64,000 bases of DNA from an uncultured Bacteroidales bacterium (GCA_964406315.1 CAYORG010000007.1:19245-83244), one strand, 5' to 3'. Counted from the first letter of the stretch, positions 10,205-20,462 are shown. The notes: a model not told the origin generated them from the letters alone. Made by a program: numbers and translations.

Positions 10205-11485
10205 ATGTCAGATTTTCAGGACAAGCAAGACGGATATTTGAATATGCAGCTCCTTCGTTTTACTACGGCAGGAAGTGTTGATGATGGAAAAAGCACCTTA
10301 ATAGGACGTTTGCTCTATGATAGCAAAGCAATTTTTGAAGACCAGATGGAAGCCATTGAAAGGGCGAGTATTAATAAAGGTGACGAACATGTGAATCTGG
10401 CATTGCTTACAGATGGATTAAGAGCAGAAAGAGAACAAGGTATTACGATAGATGTTGCATATCGTTATTTTGCTACTCCAAAACGAAAATTTATCATAGC
10501 CGATACACCTGGTCATGTTCAGTATACACGTAACATGGTCACCGGGGCATCCACTGCCAACGCAGCTATCATTCTTGTCGACGCCAGAAATGGCGTGGTT
10601 GAACAGACTTTACGACATTCATTCATTGCATCCTTGTTGCAAATCCCCCATATCATTATTTGTATTAATAAAATGGATCTTGTGGGTTATAAAGAAGAGA
10701 TTTTTGAAGAAATCAGGAAAAACTATGAGAGTGTTTCCGATAAATTTGATGTGCAGGATATTCGTTTTGTACCTATAAGCGCATTAAATGGAGATAATGT
10801 GGTTGACAGATCAGAAAATATGGATTGGTACGATGGACCTACGCTCATGTATCTTCTTGAAAATATACATATCGCAAATGACAGAAATTTTAAAGATCCG
10901 CGTTATCCTGTTCAATATGTTATTAGACCTCAATCAGAAAAACACCACGATTTCAGGGGATATGGCGGACGAATAGCAGGTGGAGTATTTAAACCTGATG
11001 ATAAAGTTACGATACTGCCATCCGGATTTACCGCTCAAATCCATTCTATTGAAACAATGAACAGAAAATTGGATAAGGCATTTCCTCCTCAATCTGTTGT
11101 TATTACCTTGAAAGATGACCTTGATATCAGCAGGGGAGATATGATCGTAACTGCAGAAAATCAACCAAGAGTCAGCCAGGATCTTACGTTTATGTTTTGC
11201 TGGCTGAATGAGAAGGCTCTTGAACCTGGTAAGAAATATGTTCTCAGACATACAACAAATGAAGCAAAGTGCATTGTAAAATCAGTCGATTTTAAAGTGA
11301 ACATAAATACTTTGGAAAAGAATTTTGAAGATAAAAATGTTGGATTGAATGAAATTGGGCAAATGACTGTGCGGACAACAAAACCAATTGTTTATGATAC
11401 CTACAAGATAAACAGGGTTACCGGTAGTATAATCCTTGTGGATGAAAGTACGAATGAAACTATTTGTGCCGGAATGATTTCCTGA
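10205..11485 (+). CDS. cysN: sulfate adenylyltransferase subunit 1 (GTPase, no APS-kinase domain)
   Basis: 426 aa with GTPase motifs GSVDDGKST, DTPGH and NKMD. An alternative start at 10244 (MQLLRF) is possible. Confidence 0.92.
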   Translation: MSDFQDKQDGYLNMQLLRFTTAGSVDDGKSTLIGRLLYDSKAIFEDQMEAIERASINKGDEHVNLALLTDGLRAEREQGITIDVAYRYFATPKRKFIIADTPGHVQYTRNMVTGASTANAAIILVDARNGVVEQTLRHSFIASLLQIPHIIICINKMDLVGYKEEIFEEIRKNYESVSDKFDVQDIRFVPISALNGDNVVDRSENMDWYDGPTLMYLLENIHIANDRNFKDPRYPVQYVIRPQSEKHHDFRGYGGRIAGGVFKPDDKVTILPSGFTAQIHSIETMNRKLDKAFPPQSVVITLKDDLDISRGDMIVTAENQPRVSQDLTFMFCWLNEKALEPGKKYVLRHTTNEAKCIVKSVDFKVNINTLEKNFEDKNVGLNEIGQMTVRTTKPIVYDTYKINRVTGSIILVDESTNETICAGMIS

Positions 11486-11508
11486 ATGATTTAGTGTCAA
11501 TTATCATA

Positions 11509-12276
11509 TCAGGGAACAGGAAGCCGTTTGATGGAATATAATTCATGAGTGTGTTTATGAAGTTCACTATTATAAATGCCCTTCTCATCAATGGAATCAA
11601 TTCTAACCGAAATTGAAGCATGGATAATTTTGTTTTCTCCGGCATATATTCCAACATGTGAAATTTTATTTTCCTGATTTCTGAAAAAGAGAAGATCACC
11701 GGGCAAAACAGAATTCAGATCTTTTACATCTTCTCCTTTTTCGGCCTGATCTTTTGCATCTCTTGGAAGCAATAGTTCATGGATTTTAAATACTGTTTGC
11801 ACAAAGCCTGAGCAATCAAAACCAAAGATTGTACGTCCGCCCCATAAATACGGAGCGTTTAAAAATTGTTTTGATGTTGTCAGAAGATTTCTCCTGCTTG
11901 TTTCACTTTCCGGAGGAAGATGATCCTTCAGATAGAAGGTGTTGTTGGCGAGGGTAAACTTATCGCCGGATTTTACGGAAGGTATTTCAGATCCTGCGGG
12001 GATAATGATATTCTGATTCTCTTTTTGTATATTGAAATATGGTTTTGAAATTATCTGCATTGCATGATCTGTTGATCTACCTGTGTAAAAAACCAGTGAT
12101 CTCTCTTCTACCCAGCCACAAAAATGATCAAAATCAGTTGTTATGTTAAGCCAATCGCCATTTTGCTCAATGACTTTTACTGTTTCACCAAACAAGAGTT
12201 GACTGGCTTGTTCAGCCTTATGATTGGGTTCAGACCGGATTGGGATAAGCGGATGAAGACAAATTGCCTGGTTCAT
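11509..12276 (-). CDS. NlpC/P60 (C40) cell-wall peptidase with N-terminal SH3-like domain
   Basis: Catalytic core FDCSGFVQ...ISHVGIYAG..IIHAS. The start is moved to the ATG at 12276 (MNQAICLHPLIPIR), because the upstream 31 codons are AT-rich and low complexity. Confidence 0.8.
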   Translation of the reverse strand: MNQAICLHPLIPIRSEPNHKAEQASQLLFGETVKVIEQNGDWLNITTDFDHFCGWVEERSLVFYTGRSTDHAMQIISKPYFNIQKENQNIIIPAGSEIPSVKSGDKFTLANNTFYLKDHLPPESETSRRNLLTTSKQFLNAPYLWGGRTIFGFDCSGFVQTVFKIHELLLPRDAKDQAEKGEDVKDLNSVLPGDLLFFRNQENKISHVGIYAGENKIIHASISVRIDSIDEKGIYNSELHKHTHELYSIKRLPVP

Positions 12277-12429
12277 TGAATAAAAGAATAACTTGCATTC
12301 AATATTAAAGAAATTAAACATAATTTTTATATATATGTTGATGATATATTGGAGAATATGGCTTTTCATGATAACATCATAAAAAAGCTTGCTAAAATTT
12401 GGTATTTTTAGCCCAATAAATAGCTGTAT

Positions 12430-14571
12430 ATGCCTTCGATATATAATAAGATAGTAAGCAATTATAAATACTTTGGGACGATACTAGTATTTATCCTGGC
12501 ATTTTTGCTAATAGCCTATATGATGCCAAGGGAAAGAAAATTTACTTATATTTTTCAAAAAGGAAGTCCCTGGAAAGGAGAAAATCTGACTTCTCCTTTC
12601 AAGTTTTCGATTTATAAAACACCTGAGGAGTACCAGGCAGAAGCCGACTCTATTCTCCATGATTTAAAACTCTATTTTACCTTTGACCCCTATGAGTTTG
12701 CAGAACAGTTAAACAAATTTAAAGAAGGTTTTCGCAAGGAATGGATTGATTTCACTTTACAGGAATTTAATATATCATCTGAAGAAGTTTATTTGGAAAG
12801 TGGAAGATATGCTTCCCTTCGAACATTGCAGGATTATTATGATGACCTTATATACAAGTTACTGGAAAAAATCTATCTGAAAGGCATCATTGAGATTCCG
12901 GAAAGGGATATAGCATTTGATGGATCGACCTATATCGTTTTAATGCGAGGAAATATTGCTGAAGAAAAAAATGCTTCTGAATTGTTTACACCAAAATTGG
13001 CTTATGAGTTCATGAAATCAAAAATAAAGGAAGAAGTTGCATCCGATTCAAAAAGAAATATCTCACATTATAAAGATTTTTTTGATCTGTTTGAGTTAGA
13101 TAAGTACATTACTCCGAATATATTTTACGATAGTGGTGCTTCAGAAAGAGAAAAAACTGAAAGGTTGGCAGAAGTATCAATGAAAAAAGGCATGATACAA
13201 CAAGGAGAGCTTATTATTTCTGAAGGAGAAATTGTTACACAGGAAAAGTTCCAGATTTTGCAGTCGCTTAAGATAGCGTATGATGAGAAACAGGGAAATG
13301 TAAATAAATTTCTGGTTCTTTCAGGCAAACTGATTTTTGTACTTTTGTCTCTGGTACTTATTTATGTTTTTCTCTACAATTTCAGACGTGAACTTTTAAG
13401 AGATCTTGTAAAAACCTCTTTTATATTGTTTATGGTGGTTCTGATGATTTTTGTCGCCAGTACTACGGCAAAAATCGAGAAAGTAAGTTTTTACATCATT
13501 CCTTTTACAATATTGCCCATCATTCTGCGTACTTTTTTTGATGAGAGAGTTGCAGTTTTTGTCCATGTTCTCACAACACTTATCATTGCATTTATAGCCC
13601 CAAATAGTTATGAATTTATAGTGTTGAATATTCTGGCAGGGATTGTCGCCATTTTCAGCTTAACGAATCTTTACCGGCGTTCCAGATTTTTTGTTTCTGC
13701 ATTACTTGTTGTTATTACCTATTGTTTGGCTTATTATGGGATGTCGGTAGTTCGTGAAGGTAGTTTTACGAATATTAAGCTTGAATATTTTGCCAACTTT
13801 GGACTTAACGGAGTATTAATCCTTATTTCATTTCTGCTGATTTATGTATTTGAAAAAACGTTTGGCTTTTTATCTGATACAACGCTAATAGAACTGGCAG
13901 ATACAAATCAACCTCTGTTACGTAAAATCGCAGAAATAGCCCCGGGAACTTTCCAACACTCATTGCAGGTTGCTAATCTTTCGGAAGAAGCGATTCATCG
14001 CATTGGAGGTAATCCTCTGTTGGTTCGCACAGGCGCGTTGTATCATGATATAGGCAAAATTCATGATCCGATATATTATATTGAAAATCAAACCACCGGC
14101 ATCAATCCGCACGATAATCTTGAATTTGAGGAAAGTGCCAGGATAATTATCAGTCATGTTGAAAAAGGAGTCGAAATGGCAAGAAAGAATAATCTTCCGG
14201 ATGCAATAGTTGATTTTATTCGGACTCATCATGGTACTTCAACGGTTCAATATTTCTATAAATCCTATATTAAAAAATATCCTGAACAGGAAGTAGATGT
14301 TAAGAAATTCAGTTATCCCGGACCAAAACCTTCTTCAAAAGAAATGGCTGTCCTTATGATGGCTGATGCAGTTGAAGCTGCTTCAAGAAGTTTGCTTGAG
14401 TATAGTCATGAAAACATCAATGATCTTGTCGAAAATATCATTTCGAGGCAATTGAAACAGGGGCAGTTTGAAGAAGCTCCAATTACCTATGTTGATATTA
14501 AAACCGTCAAGGAAGTTTTTAAAACAAGGTTGATAAATATCTATCATGCAAGGATATCTTATCCAAAATAA
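12430..14571 (+). CDS. 7TM-receptor/HD-domain phosphohydrolase (PgpH/YqfF-like)
   Basis: 713 aa with an N-terminal TM, an extracellular region, about 7 TM helices, and a C-terminal HD domain (HSLQVANL, ALYHDIGK, RTHHGTS). Confidence 0.85.
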   Translation: MPSIYNKIVSNYKYFGTILVFILAFLLIAYMMPRERKFTYIFQKGSPWKGENLTSPFKFSIYKTPEEYQAEADSILHDLKLYFTFDPYEFAEQLNKFKEGFRKEWIDFTLQEFNISSEEVYLESGRYASLRTLQDYYDDLIYKLLEKIYLKGIIEIPERDIAFDGSTYIVLMRGNIAEEKNASELFTPKLAYEFMKSKIKEEVASDSKRNISHYKDFFDLFELDKYITPNIFYDSGASEREKTERLAEVSMKKGMIQQGELIISEGEIVTQEKFQILQSLKIAYDEKQGNVNKFLVLSGKLIFVLLSLVLIYVFLYNFRRELLRDLVKTSFILFMVVLMIFVASTTAKIEKVSFYIIPFTILPIILRTFFDERVAVFVHVLTTLIIAFIAPNSYEFIVLNILAGIVAIFSLTNLYRRSRFFVSALLVVITYCLAYYGMSVVREGSFTNIKLEYFANFGLNGVLILISFLLIYVFEKTFGFLSDTTLIELADTNQPLLRKIAEIAPGTFQHSLQVANLSEEAIHRIGGNPLLVRTGALYHDIGKIHDPIYYIENQTTGINPHDNLEFEESARIIISHVEKGVEMARKNNLPDAIVDFIRTHHGTSTVQYFYKSYIKKYPEQEVDVKKFSYPGPKPSSKEMAVLMMADAVEAASRSLLEYSHENINDLVENIISRQLKQGQFEEAPITYVDIKTVKEVFKTRLINIYHARISYPK

Positions 14572-14572
14572 A

Positions 14573-15223
14573 TCAGAATCTTAGATCGACTATTTCAATG
14601 TTTTTATGATTTTCCGGCTGAAAGGTAAAAATACTGTTTTCAAGATCTGCATTGTATTTTGCATTGAATAAGGATGCGCTGTAATCAATTCCATCTTTAC
14701 CAATTGCTTTAATAATAAATAATTCATCAGTGTCTTTGTTAATTAAAACTTTAAAACGCGAATAAGGTTGGTCAAGGTTTTTCGGAAACAGGTCTATTTC
14801 ATACATCCAACCTTCATCGAGTTTCACTTCTCCGATGAACCGGTATTTAAAATCACGATTGTAGAAATCAAAGATTTTTGAAGGATCTTCAACAAAATCA
14901 TTGTCACTGATATCAGGTATTGAGATAACCACCTCGTTTATATCTTCCTGAAATGTATACAATGTTACCCCGTCAAAATAGACTTTTGATCCAGGAGATT
15001 CCATATAGTATTTATCGCCTTTTATTTTTATTGAGCCGTTGGTTCTGGAAACTTTGTTTTCCCGCCTGTTTTCAATGGTCAATTCAAAGTCAGCCTGAAT
15101 GGTAGCATATGATTTTGTCTTCTGAGCCACTCTGTCAAGGATCTTTTTGGCTTCCGGATCTTGCTGGGCCATTAAGGTACAAGCAGTAAATACCAGGATA
15201 TGAATAATTGTAATTTTTTGCAT
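14573..15223 (-). CDS. lolA: LolA-like outer-membrane lipoprotein carrier protein
   Basis: 216 aa with a signal peptide and a LolA-like N-terminus (AKKILDRVAQKTKSYATIQADFELT). The position downstream of ftsK is the usual Bacteroidetes synteny. Confidence 0.7.
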   Translation of the reverse strand: MQKITIIHILVFTACTLMAQQDPEAKKILDRVAQKTKSYATIQADFELTIENRRENKVSRTNGSIKIKGDKYYMESPGSKVYFDGVTLYTFQEDINEVVISIPDISDNDFVEDPSKIFDFYNRDFKYRFIGEVKLDEGWMYEIDLFPKNLDQPYSRFKVLINKDTDELFIIKAIGKDGIDYSASLFNAKYNADLENSIFTFQPENHKNIEIVDLRF

Positions 15224-15303
15224 TTGGTATTTAGTTAATTACGTTTCTAAAATCTATCAAACAATTTAACTCATCATTTTCATTTCGGAATGCGGATTTT
15301 GGA

Positions 15304-15490
15304 TTAGCTTCGCTGAGCTCTCCCGATAAAATCGAGATCGGTTGCGGATTATGTGCTTCGAAAGTTCTCAACTCACCAACTCATCAACTAATCAACTCCT
15401 CCGACTTCTGACTCCCGACTTCCGACTTCAAGCTCAAAACTCTAAACTTCTCACCCTTTTACCTTCTTACCTTCCGACTTCCGATTTTCC
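15304..15490. repeat. ftsK-lolA spacer repeats: partial element A (15304-15345) plus a G-poor 7-8-mer word array with CCGACTT x5
   Basis: 15304-15320 is ttagcttcgctgagctc, followed by tcccgataaaatcgaga and gatcggttg (compare 18143-18175). 15366-15490 is tcaNcaac and ccgactt words, with ccgactt at 15401, 15415, 15422 and 15474 and ccgattt at 15481. I count 7 G in about 125 nt. The array ends 2 nt from the ftsK stop codon. Confidence 0.85.
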
Positions 15491-15492
15491 CA

Positions 15493-17886
15493 TTATTCAA
15501 GCGAATTCAAATATTGTTCCAAAGAATATTCATCAGGAAAAAGAACCTGTCTTGCTTTACTTCCCTCAAATTGTCCGACAATTCCGGCAGCTTCAAGCTG
15601 ATCGATAATGCGTCCTGCACGGTTGTAGCCTATCGAGAACTTTCTTTGTATCAAAGAGGTTGAGCCTTGCTGATGGGCTACGACTAATCTTGCAGCATCA
15701 CTGAACAAGCTGTCTCGTTTTGAAAGATCCACATCCAGTAATCCATCACCTGCATTTTCATCAACATATTCAGGCAAAAAGAATGGAGTGGGGTAGGAAG
15801 GTTGTTTTCCTATATAACTAGTAATTTGCTCCAGCTCCGGAATATCAATAAATCCGCATTGTAATCTGATCAGATCGCTTCCCGGAGCAAACAGCAAATC
15901 ACCTCTGCCTACAAGTTGATTTGCTCCGGGAGTATCAAGTATTGTACGTGAATCGATCATAGAAGTAACCCGAAATGCAATTCGGGCAGGGAAATTTGCT
16001 TTTATCACACCGGTAATGATATTTGTTGTGGGCCGTTGGGTAGCAATTACAAGATGAATTCCAATTGCTCTTGCCACTTGAGCAAGGCGCGCTAGCGGTG
16101 TCTCAACTTCACGACCTGCTGTCATAATTAAGTCAGCAAATTCGTCAATAACAACTACAATATAGGGCATATACCTGTGTCCGTTTTCCGGGTTGAGCCT
16201 TCTTTTGATAAACTTCCGGTTATATTCTTTGATATTCCGAACCTGTGCTTTCTTCAGCAAATTGTACCGGTCATCCATTTCGATTGTTAATGAATTAAGA
16301 GTATTTATAACTCTTTGTGTATCAGTAATAATAGTTTCTTCCGAATCGGGAATTTTTGCCAGATAATGTTTTTCAATTTGTGAATAGAGAGTAAGTTCCA
16401 CTTTTTTCGGATCTACAAGGACAAATTTCAATTGAGCAGGATGCTTTTTGTAAAGCAGTGAAGTTATGATTACATTCAGGCCAACAGATTTTCCCTGTCC
16501 GGTTGCTCCTGCAACAAGCAAGTGAGGCATTTTTGCCAGATCAAAAACATACGTTTCGTTCGAGATAGTTTTGCCAAGAGCTATAGCCAGATCATAATCC
16601 GAATCCTGGAATTTTCTGGAAGAGATCAGTGAGCGCATAGAGACAATTTCGGGTGTCTGATTTGGAACTTCAATGCCAATTGTTCCTTTACCTGGTATGG
16701 GCGCTATTATTCGTATTCCCAAGGCAGAAAGGTTCAGAGCTATATCATCTTCAAGATTCTTAATTTTTGAAATTCTTACACCGGGAGCCGGCACTATTTC
16801 GTATAGCGTAACAGTAGGACCGATGGTAGCTTTGATTTTATCAATCTGGATCTTATAATGCCCGAGCGTTTCAACAATTTTGTTTTTGTTGCTGATCAAC
16901 TCCTCATTTGTTACAGTTGAGTTGCCGGTTTCATGTTTTTCCAAGAGGTCCAGTGTCGGCAGTTGGAAATTCGATAATTCCAGGGTGGGATCATAATCAT
17001 CCAGGGGTAGATTTGAATTGAATTCTCCCTCTTCTTCAATTTCTTTTGATTCAACTGTAAGCTGCACATCGTCTTTTTCGTTACTATCAGATGACTCACT
17101 TACAAAACCTGATTTTGCAGTGAATTCTTCAGTTTCTGAGCTTCGTTCATTTTGAGGGAATTCGGTTTCAAAGATCAGGTCACTATCTTCTTCATTGCTT
17201 TGATCAACTTTGTTTTTAAAATGTATTCCGGAATCATATAAATCCCTGTCTGTTTTCGTTTTGAAGAAAAACAAATGCCTGCCAAGGATCTTTTTAACAT
17301 GAACAAGTGATTTTTCAAATGCAAACAATATAACACCAATACTTGCTATAAGAAGAAGCAAAAATACGCCGATCCTGCCTAAAAGACTTGTCAGAAATAG
17401 ACTCATATAATGTCCGTGTCTTCCTCCGGGTCCCGATCCTAAAATAACACTTGATTCAAAAAAATAACCAAGCCATACGGAAAGAACAATAACACAAAAA
17501 AGGGTAGCTAAAAGTGTTTTTCCAAAATGAAGCAATTTAATATTAATAAATCTCAGACCATAAAGAATTAATAGAAAAGGAAAAGCAAAAGAGGCAACGC
17601 CAAACCACCTGTTTATTGTAAGATTGGCCAGGAAAGCTCCCGTTTTGCCTGCCCAGTTTTCAACAATCATCTCAGCACTGGCCCATTCAATATTCCCTTG
17701 AATACTCTGGTCGGTTTTCCAGGTAAACAAATAGGAAAGTTGGGAGATAAAGAGCAAAAACCCAAAAGCAATAAAAAGGAAAGCCATTAAGATCCTAAAG
17801 CGTTCATCCCGTATGAATCCTAAAATGCCTCTTTTCTTTTTTGATTTTCTTGCAGCAGATTTATTTTTCCCTTCTTTTCCTGCCAT
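15493..17886 (-). CDS. ftsK: DNA translocase FtsK/SpoIIIE
   Basis: 797 aa with N-terminal TM helices, an acidic linker, a motor domain with Walker A GATGQGKS and DEFADL, and a C-terminal gamma winged helix (STSLIQRKFSIGYNRAGRIIDQLE). Confidence 0.95.
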   Translation of the reverse strand: MAGKEGKNKSAARKSKKKRGILGFIRDERFRILMAFLFIAFGFLLFISQLSYLFTWKTDQSIQGNIEWASAEMIVENWAGKTGAFLANLTINRWFGVASFAFPFLLILYGLRFINIKLLHFGKTLLATLFCVIVLSVWLGYFFESSVILGSGPGGRHGHYMSLFLTSLLGRIGVFLLLLIASIGVILFAFEKSLVHVKKILGRHLFFFKTKTDRDLYDSGIHFKNKVDQSNEEDSDLIFETEFPQNERSSETEEFTAKSGFVSESSDSNEKDDVQLTVESKEIEEEGEFNSNLPLDDYDPTLELSNFQLPTLDLLEKHETGNSTVTNEELISNKNKIVETLGHYKIQIDKIKATIGPTVTLYEIVPAPGVRISKIKNLEDDIALNLSALGIRIIAPIPGKGTIGIEVPNQTPEIVSMRSLISSRKFQDSDYDLAIALGKTISNETYVFDLAKMPHLLVAGATGQGKSVGLNVIITSLLYKKHPAQLKFVLVDPKKVELTLYSQIEKHYLAKIPDSEETIITDTQRVINTLNSLTIEMDDRYNLLKKAQVRNIKEYNRKFIKRRLNPENGHRYMPYIVVVIDEFADLIMTAGREVETPLARLAQVARAIGIHLVIATQRPTTNIITGVIKANFPARIAFRVTSMIDSRTILDTPGANQLVGRGDLLFAPGSDLIRLQCGFIDIPELEQITSYIGKQPSYPTPFFLPEYVDENAGDGLLDVDLSKRDSLFSDAARLVVAHQQGSTSLIQRKFSIGYNRAGRIIDQLEAAGIVGQFEGSKARQVLFPDEYSLEQYLNSLE

Positions 17887-17909
17887 GGTCTCTTTTAAAT
17901 TTTGATAGT

Positions 17910-17917
17910 CAAAGTTA
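17910..17917 (-). promoter_or_regulatory. candidate -7 promoter element (TAACTTTG on minus strand) upstream of ftsK
   Basis: The reverse complement of caaagtta matches TAnnTTTG, 24-31 nt upstream of the ftsK ATG. I saw no clear -33 TTTG. Confidence 0.25.
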
Positions 17918-18097
17918 ATAAGCGTACTTTCTTAACATAAAATTATTTGAATTATTATTTAACAATTGAAGTTAATCGGATGTGAGATTCTGAGATGGTG
18001 AGACTTTAGACTTGAGACCAGAGATTTGCAACTATTCTTTGGTTGCTTGTTGCCGCGAGTGGTGTTTAACTGTTGAATCGTGTAACTGTGTAATTGA

Positions 18098-18175
18098 CTT
18101 CCCTGCCAGCCGGTTTACCTGCCGAAGGTATGGCAGGCTGGGTCGAGCTCTCCCGATTTTTATCGGGATCGGTTG
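18098..18175 (+). repeat. dispersed element A, copy 1
   Basis: cttccctgccagccggtttacc (18098-18119) is identical over 22 nt to 22235-22256. atggcaggctggg (18130-18142) is identical to 22266-22278. Internal hairpins are CCAGCC/GGCTGG and tcccga-ttttta-tcggga (18151-18168). Confidence 0.85.
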
Positions 18176-18485
18176 TGTAACTGTTTAATCGTTAAACTGA
18201 TGAGTTGATCGAATGGAACTTGAAACTTGAGACTATTTTGGTTGCTGGCTTTGCCCACTGAAGTTTTAACGTAGGCGGAATGCTGGGTCAAACGATTAAT
18301 CGGGGAATCGGTGAATCGATGAAATGAAGACTAATGATTTAACTTATTCAATATGGTTCAGTTAATCGATTGCCCGGTTAATCAGTTAATCAATTACACG
18401 ATTATACAATTCAACGATTACACTAATTTTAAATCTTGAGATGCAAAGCTGGAAACCAGTGACCAGAAACCAAAGAATTAGAGAC

Positions 18486-18502
18486 TTCGGATTCATTCCG
18501 AA
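18486..18502 (-). terminator. candidate terminator hairpin downstream of lipoprotein gene 18524..19210
   Basis: ttcgga-ttcat-tccgaa (6-bp stem) about 22 nt after the stop codon. On the minus strand it is followed by gtctctaattctttgg, only a weak T tract. Confidence 0.3.
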
Positions 18503-18523
18503 ATCAACAATCCGCAATGTGAA

Positions 18524-19210
18524 TCACTGATTCTGTGTCATTAACCTGTTAAGGATAGCCACCATTTCAGGCCTGTTTACAATTGTTGCCTGTTCCGGAA
18601 TTTTCATTTTTTCCCTGGGAAGATATTCAGGATCGAATTTTGTGGCTGTAAATTGCATGAGGTATGGTCCCATAACCAATCGAAATTCTGTTAAAACGCC
18701 ATCAATGCCATGATACGGATTTGCTATGTTGGGCTTGTTCAGATTGATATCATTTGTATAGTATATATCAAATGATTCATCACTGTCTTTAAAACTTACG
18801 GTTACCTTCTTCGACTTTAATCCTGCTATAATAACAGTTGCTGTATCTTCTTCAAGTTTCATTCCATCCATACAATCAAAGCAGCACATCATCTCGTTTC
18901 TTCCTCCAAAAAATGCATAATTTTTATCAAGAACTTTAAGGTGTGTATTTACTTTGTGATTTTTAAAAGAGGTCATATTGCCGAGTTTGAAAAAACCCAT
19001 GAAGCCATCTATATTGTTGATGCTAAACTCCTGGTTGAATTCAAGGACCATTTTTTTTGGCAGGAAGGATGGATCATAGTTATCTTCTTCTGCATTGAGG
19101 TATTTGATCCTATATTCCAATCTTCCCTGGTCGTATATTCCCTGATTTCCTTTTTCGCCGCACGAAACCAACAGAATAATCATTGAAAAAAGCAAAAATG
19201 CACGAATCAT
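18524..19210 (-). CDS. hypothetical lipoprotein
   Basis: 228 aa with a signal peptide and lipobox (ILLVSCGEK). No domain recognised. Confidence 0.6.
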   Translation of the reverse strand: MIRAFLLFSMIILLVSCGEKGNQGIYDQGRLEYRIKYLNAEEDNYDPSFLPKKMVLEFNQEFSINNIDGFMGFFKLGNMTSFKNHKVNTHLKVLDKNYAFFGGRNEMMCCFDCMDGMKLEEDTATVIIAGLKSKKVTVSFKDSDESFDIYYTNDINLNKPNIANPYHGIDGVLTEFRLVMGPYLMQFTATKFDPEYLPREKMKIPEQATIVNRPEMVAILNRLMTQNQ

Positions 19211-19461
19211 TTCGAATAAATTTGGTTAAATATACGAAGCATTGTCTGCTAAGTTGATGGATTATTTTAATATTTGACTTACTGCTTTATATTCGAGACT
19301 AAGTAACAATAATCCCTGTTCAATGAAATTACAGGTTTTTGTATTTATTTACATCGAAATGGTATATATATACAAAATTATGATTTTCATCATTCCCTAT
19401 GTCACAGACAATGTTTAAATTCGATTCCGATTAAATTATTTTTCTATTTAAAACTGAAAAT

Positions 19462-20460
19462 ATGAAGGTAGATCTGAAGAATAAACACTTTTTAAAATTG
19501 CTTGATTTTAGTAAAGAAGAGATCATGTATCTTCTTGAATTGTCATCCTCATTAAAAACTGCAAAAAAGGAAAGGAAGGAGCAACAGTATTTGAAAAGTA
19601 AGAATATTGCTTTGATCTTTGAGAAAACTTCCACAAGGACACGCTGCGCATTTGAAGTGGCTGCCTTTGATCAGGGTGCTCATGTTACCTATTTGGGTCC
19701 TTCCGGAACACAAATTGGGCATAAAGAATCGATGAAGGATACTGCGAGGGTGTTAGGCAGAATGTATGACGGGATTGAATACAGAGGATACGGGCAAGAT
19801 CTTGTGGAGATACTTGCAAAATATGCGGGAGTTCCGGTTTGGAACGGTTTGACAGACGAATTTCATCCAACTCAGATACTGGCTGATTTTTTAACCATGC
19901 AGGAACATTCTGACAAAGTTCTGGAGGAGGTTAAATTTTGCTATCTTGGCGATGCGCGTAATAATATGGGCAATTCATTAATGGTAGGAGCGGCAAAATT
20001 GGGCATGGATTTCAGAGCTGCTGCACCTAAAAAGTGTCAACCTAACGAAAAACTGATTCATCAGTGCCTTCAGATTGCAGAAAATTCAGGAGCAAAAATC
20101 AATTTAACAGATGATGTTAAAAAAGCGGTTGAAGGAGTGGACTTTCTGTATACAGATGTATGGGTATCAATGGGTGAACCTGATGCGATATGGGATGAGA
20201 GAATTGGATTATTGACTCCCTACCAGGTGAATAAAGAAGTGCTTGAACTTACCGGAAATCCTGATGTAAAATTTTTGCATTGTCTGCCTGCTTTTCATAA
20301 CCTCGAAACTAAAGTGGGAGAGGAGATCCATAACAAATTTGGAATGGAAGCTCTGGAAGTTACTGAAGATGTTTTTGAATCTTCTGCTTCGATTGTATTT
20401 GACGAAGCAGAAAACAGAATACATACCATAAAAGCTATCATGGTTGCCACACTCGGGTAA
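19462..20460 (+). CDS. argF: ornithine carbamoyltransferase
   Basis: 332 aa with STRTRCAFE (carbamoyl-phosphate binding), HPTQ and HCLPAFH motifs. Confidence 0.93.
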   Translation: MKVDLKNKHFLKLLDFSKEEIMYLLELSSSLKTAKKERKEQQYLKSKNIALIFEKTSTRTRCAFEVAAFDQGAHVTYLGPSGTQIGHKESMKDTARVLGRMYDGIEYRGYGQDLVEILAKYAGVPVWNGLTDEFHPTQILADFLTMQEHSDKVLEEVKFCYLGDARNNMGNSLMVGAAKLGMDFRAAAPKKCQPNEKLIHQCLQIAENSGAKINLTDDVKKAVEGVDFLYTDVWVSMGEPDAIWDERIGLLTPYQVNKEVLELTGNPDVKFLHCLPAFHNLETKVGEEIHNKFGMEALEVTEDVFESSASIVFDEAENRIHTIKAIMVATLG

Positions 20461-20462
20461 TT

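Larger units (their letters stand above)
17960..18523. repeat. repeat-filled 0.6-kb intergenic region (GAGAC/GAGAT words, GT-rich TAAC/AATCG words, element A1, element E)
   Basis: Read directly: gtgagat tctgagat ggtgagac tttagac ttgagac cagagat (17981-18024); gtttaac tgttgaatc gtgtaac tgtgtaat; gttaatc x3 at 18360-18390. No ORF of 60 aa or more. Confidence 0.85.

Noticed and set aside
15342-15608. ORFs in the track that run through repeat spacers (15342..15608, 10057..10281)
   Set aside because: The translations are low-complexity read-outs of the word repeats (LTNSSTNQLLRLLTPDFRL.., EKAKGKRQKAEK..), they overlap real genes at their ends, and they have no credible starts.
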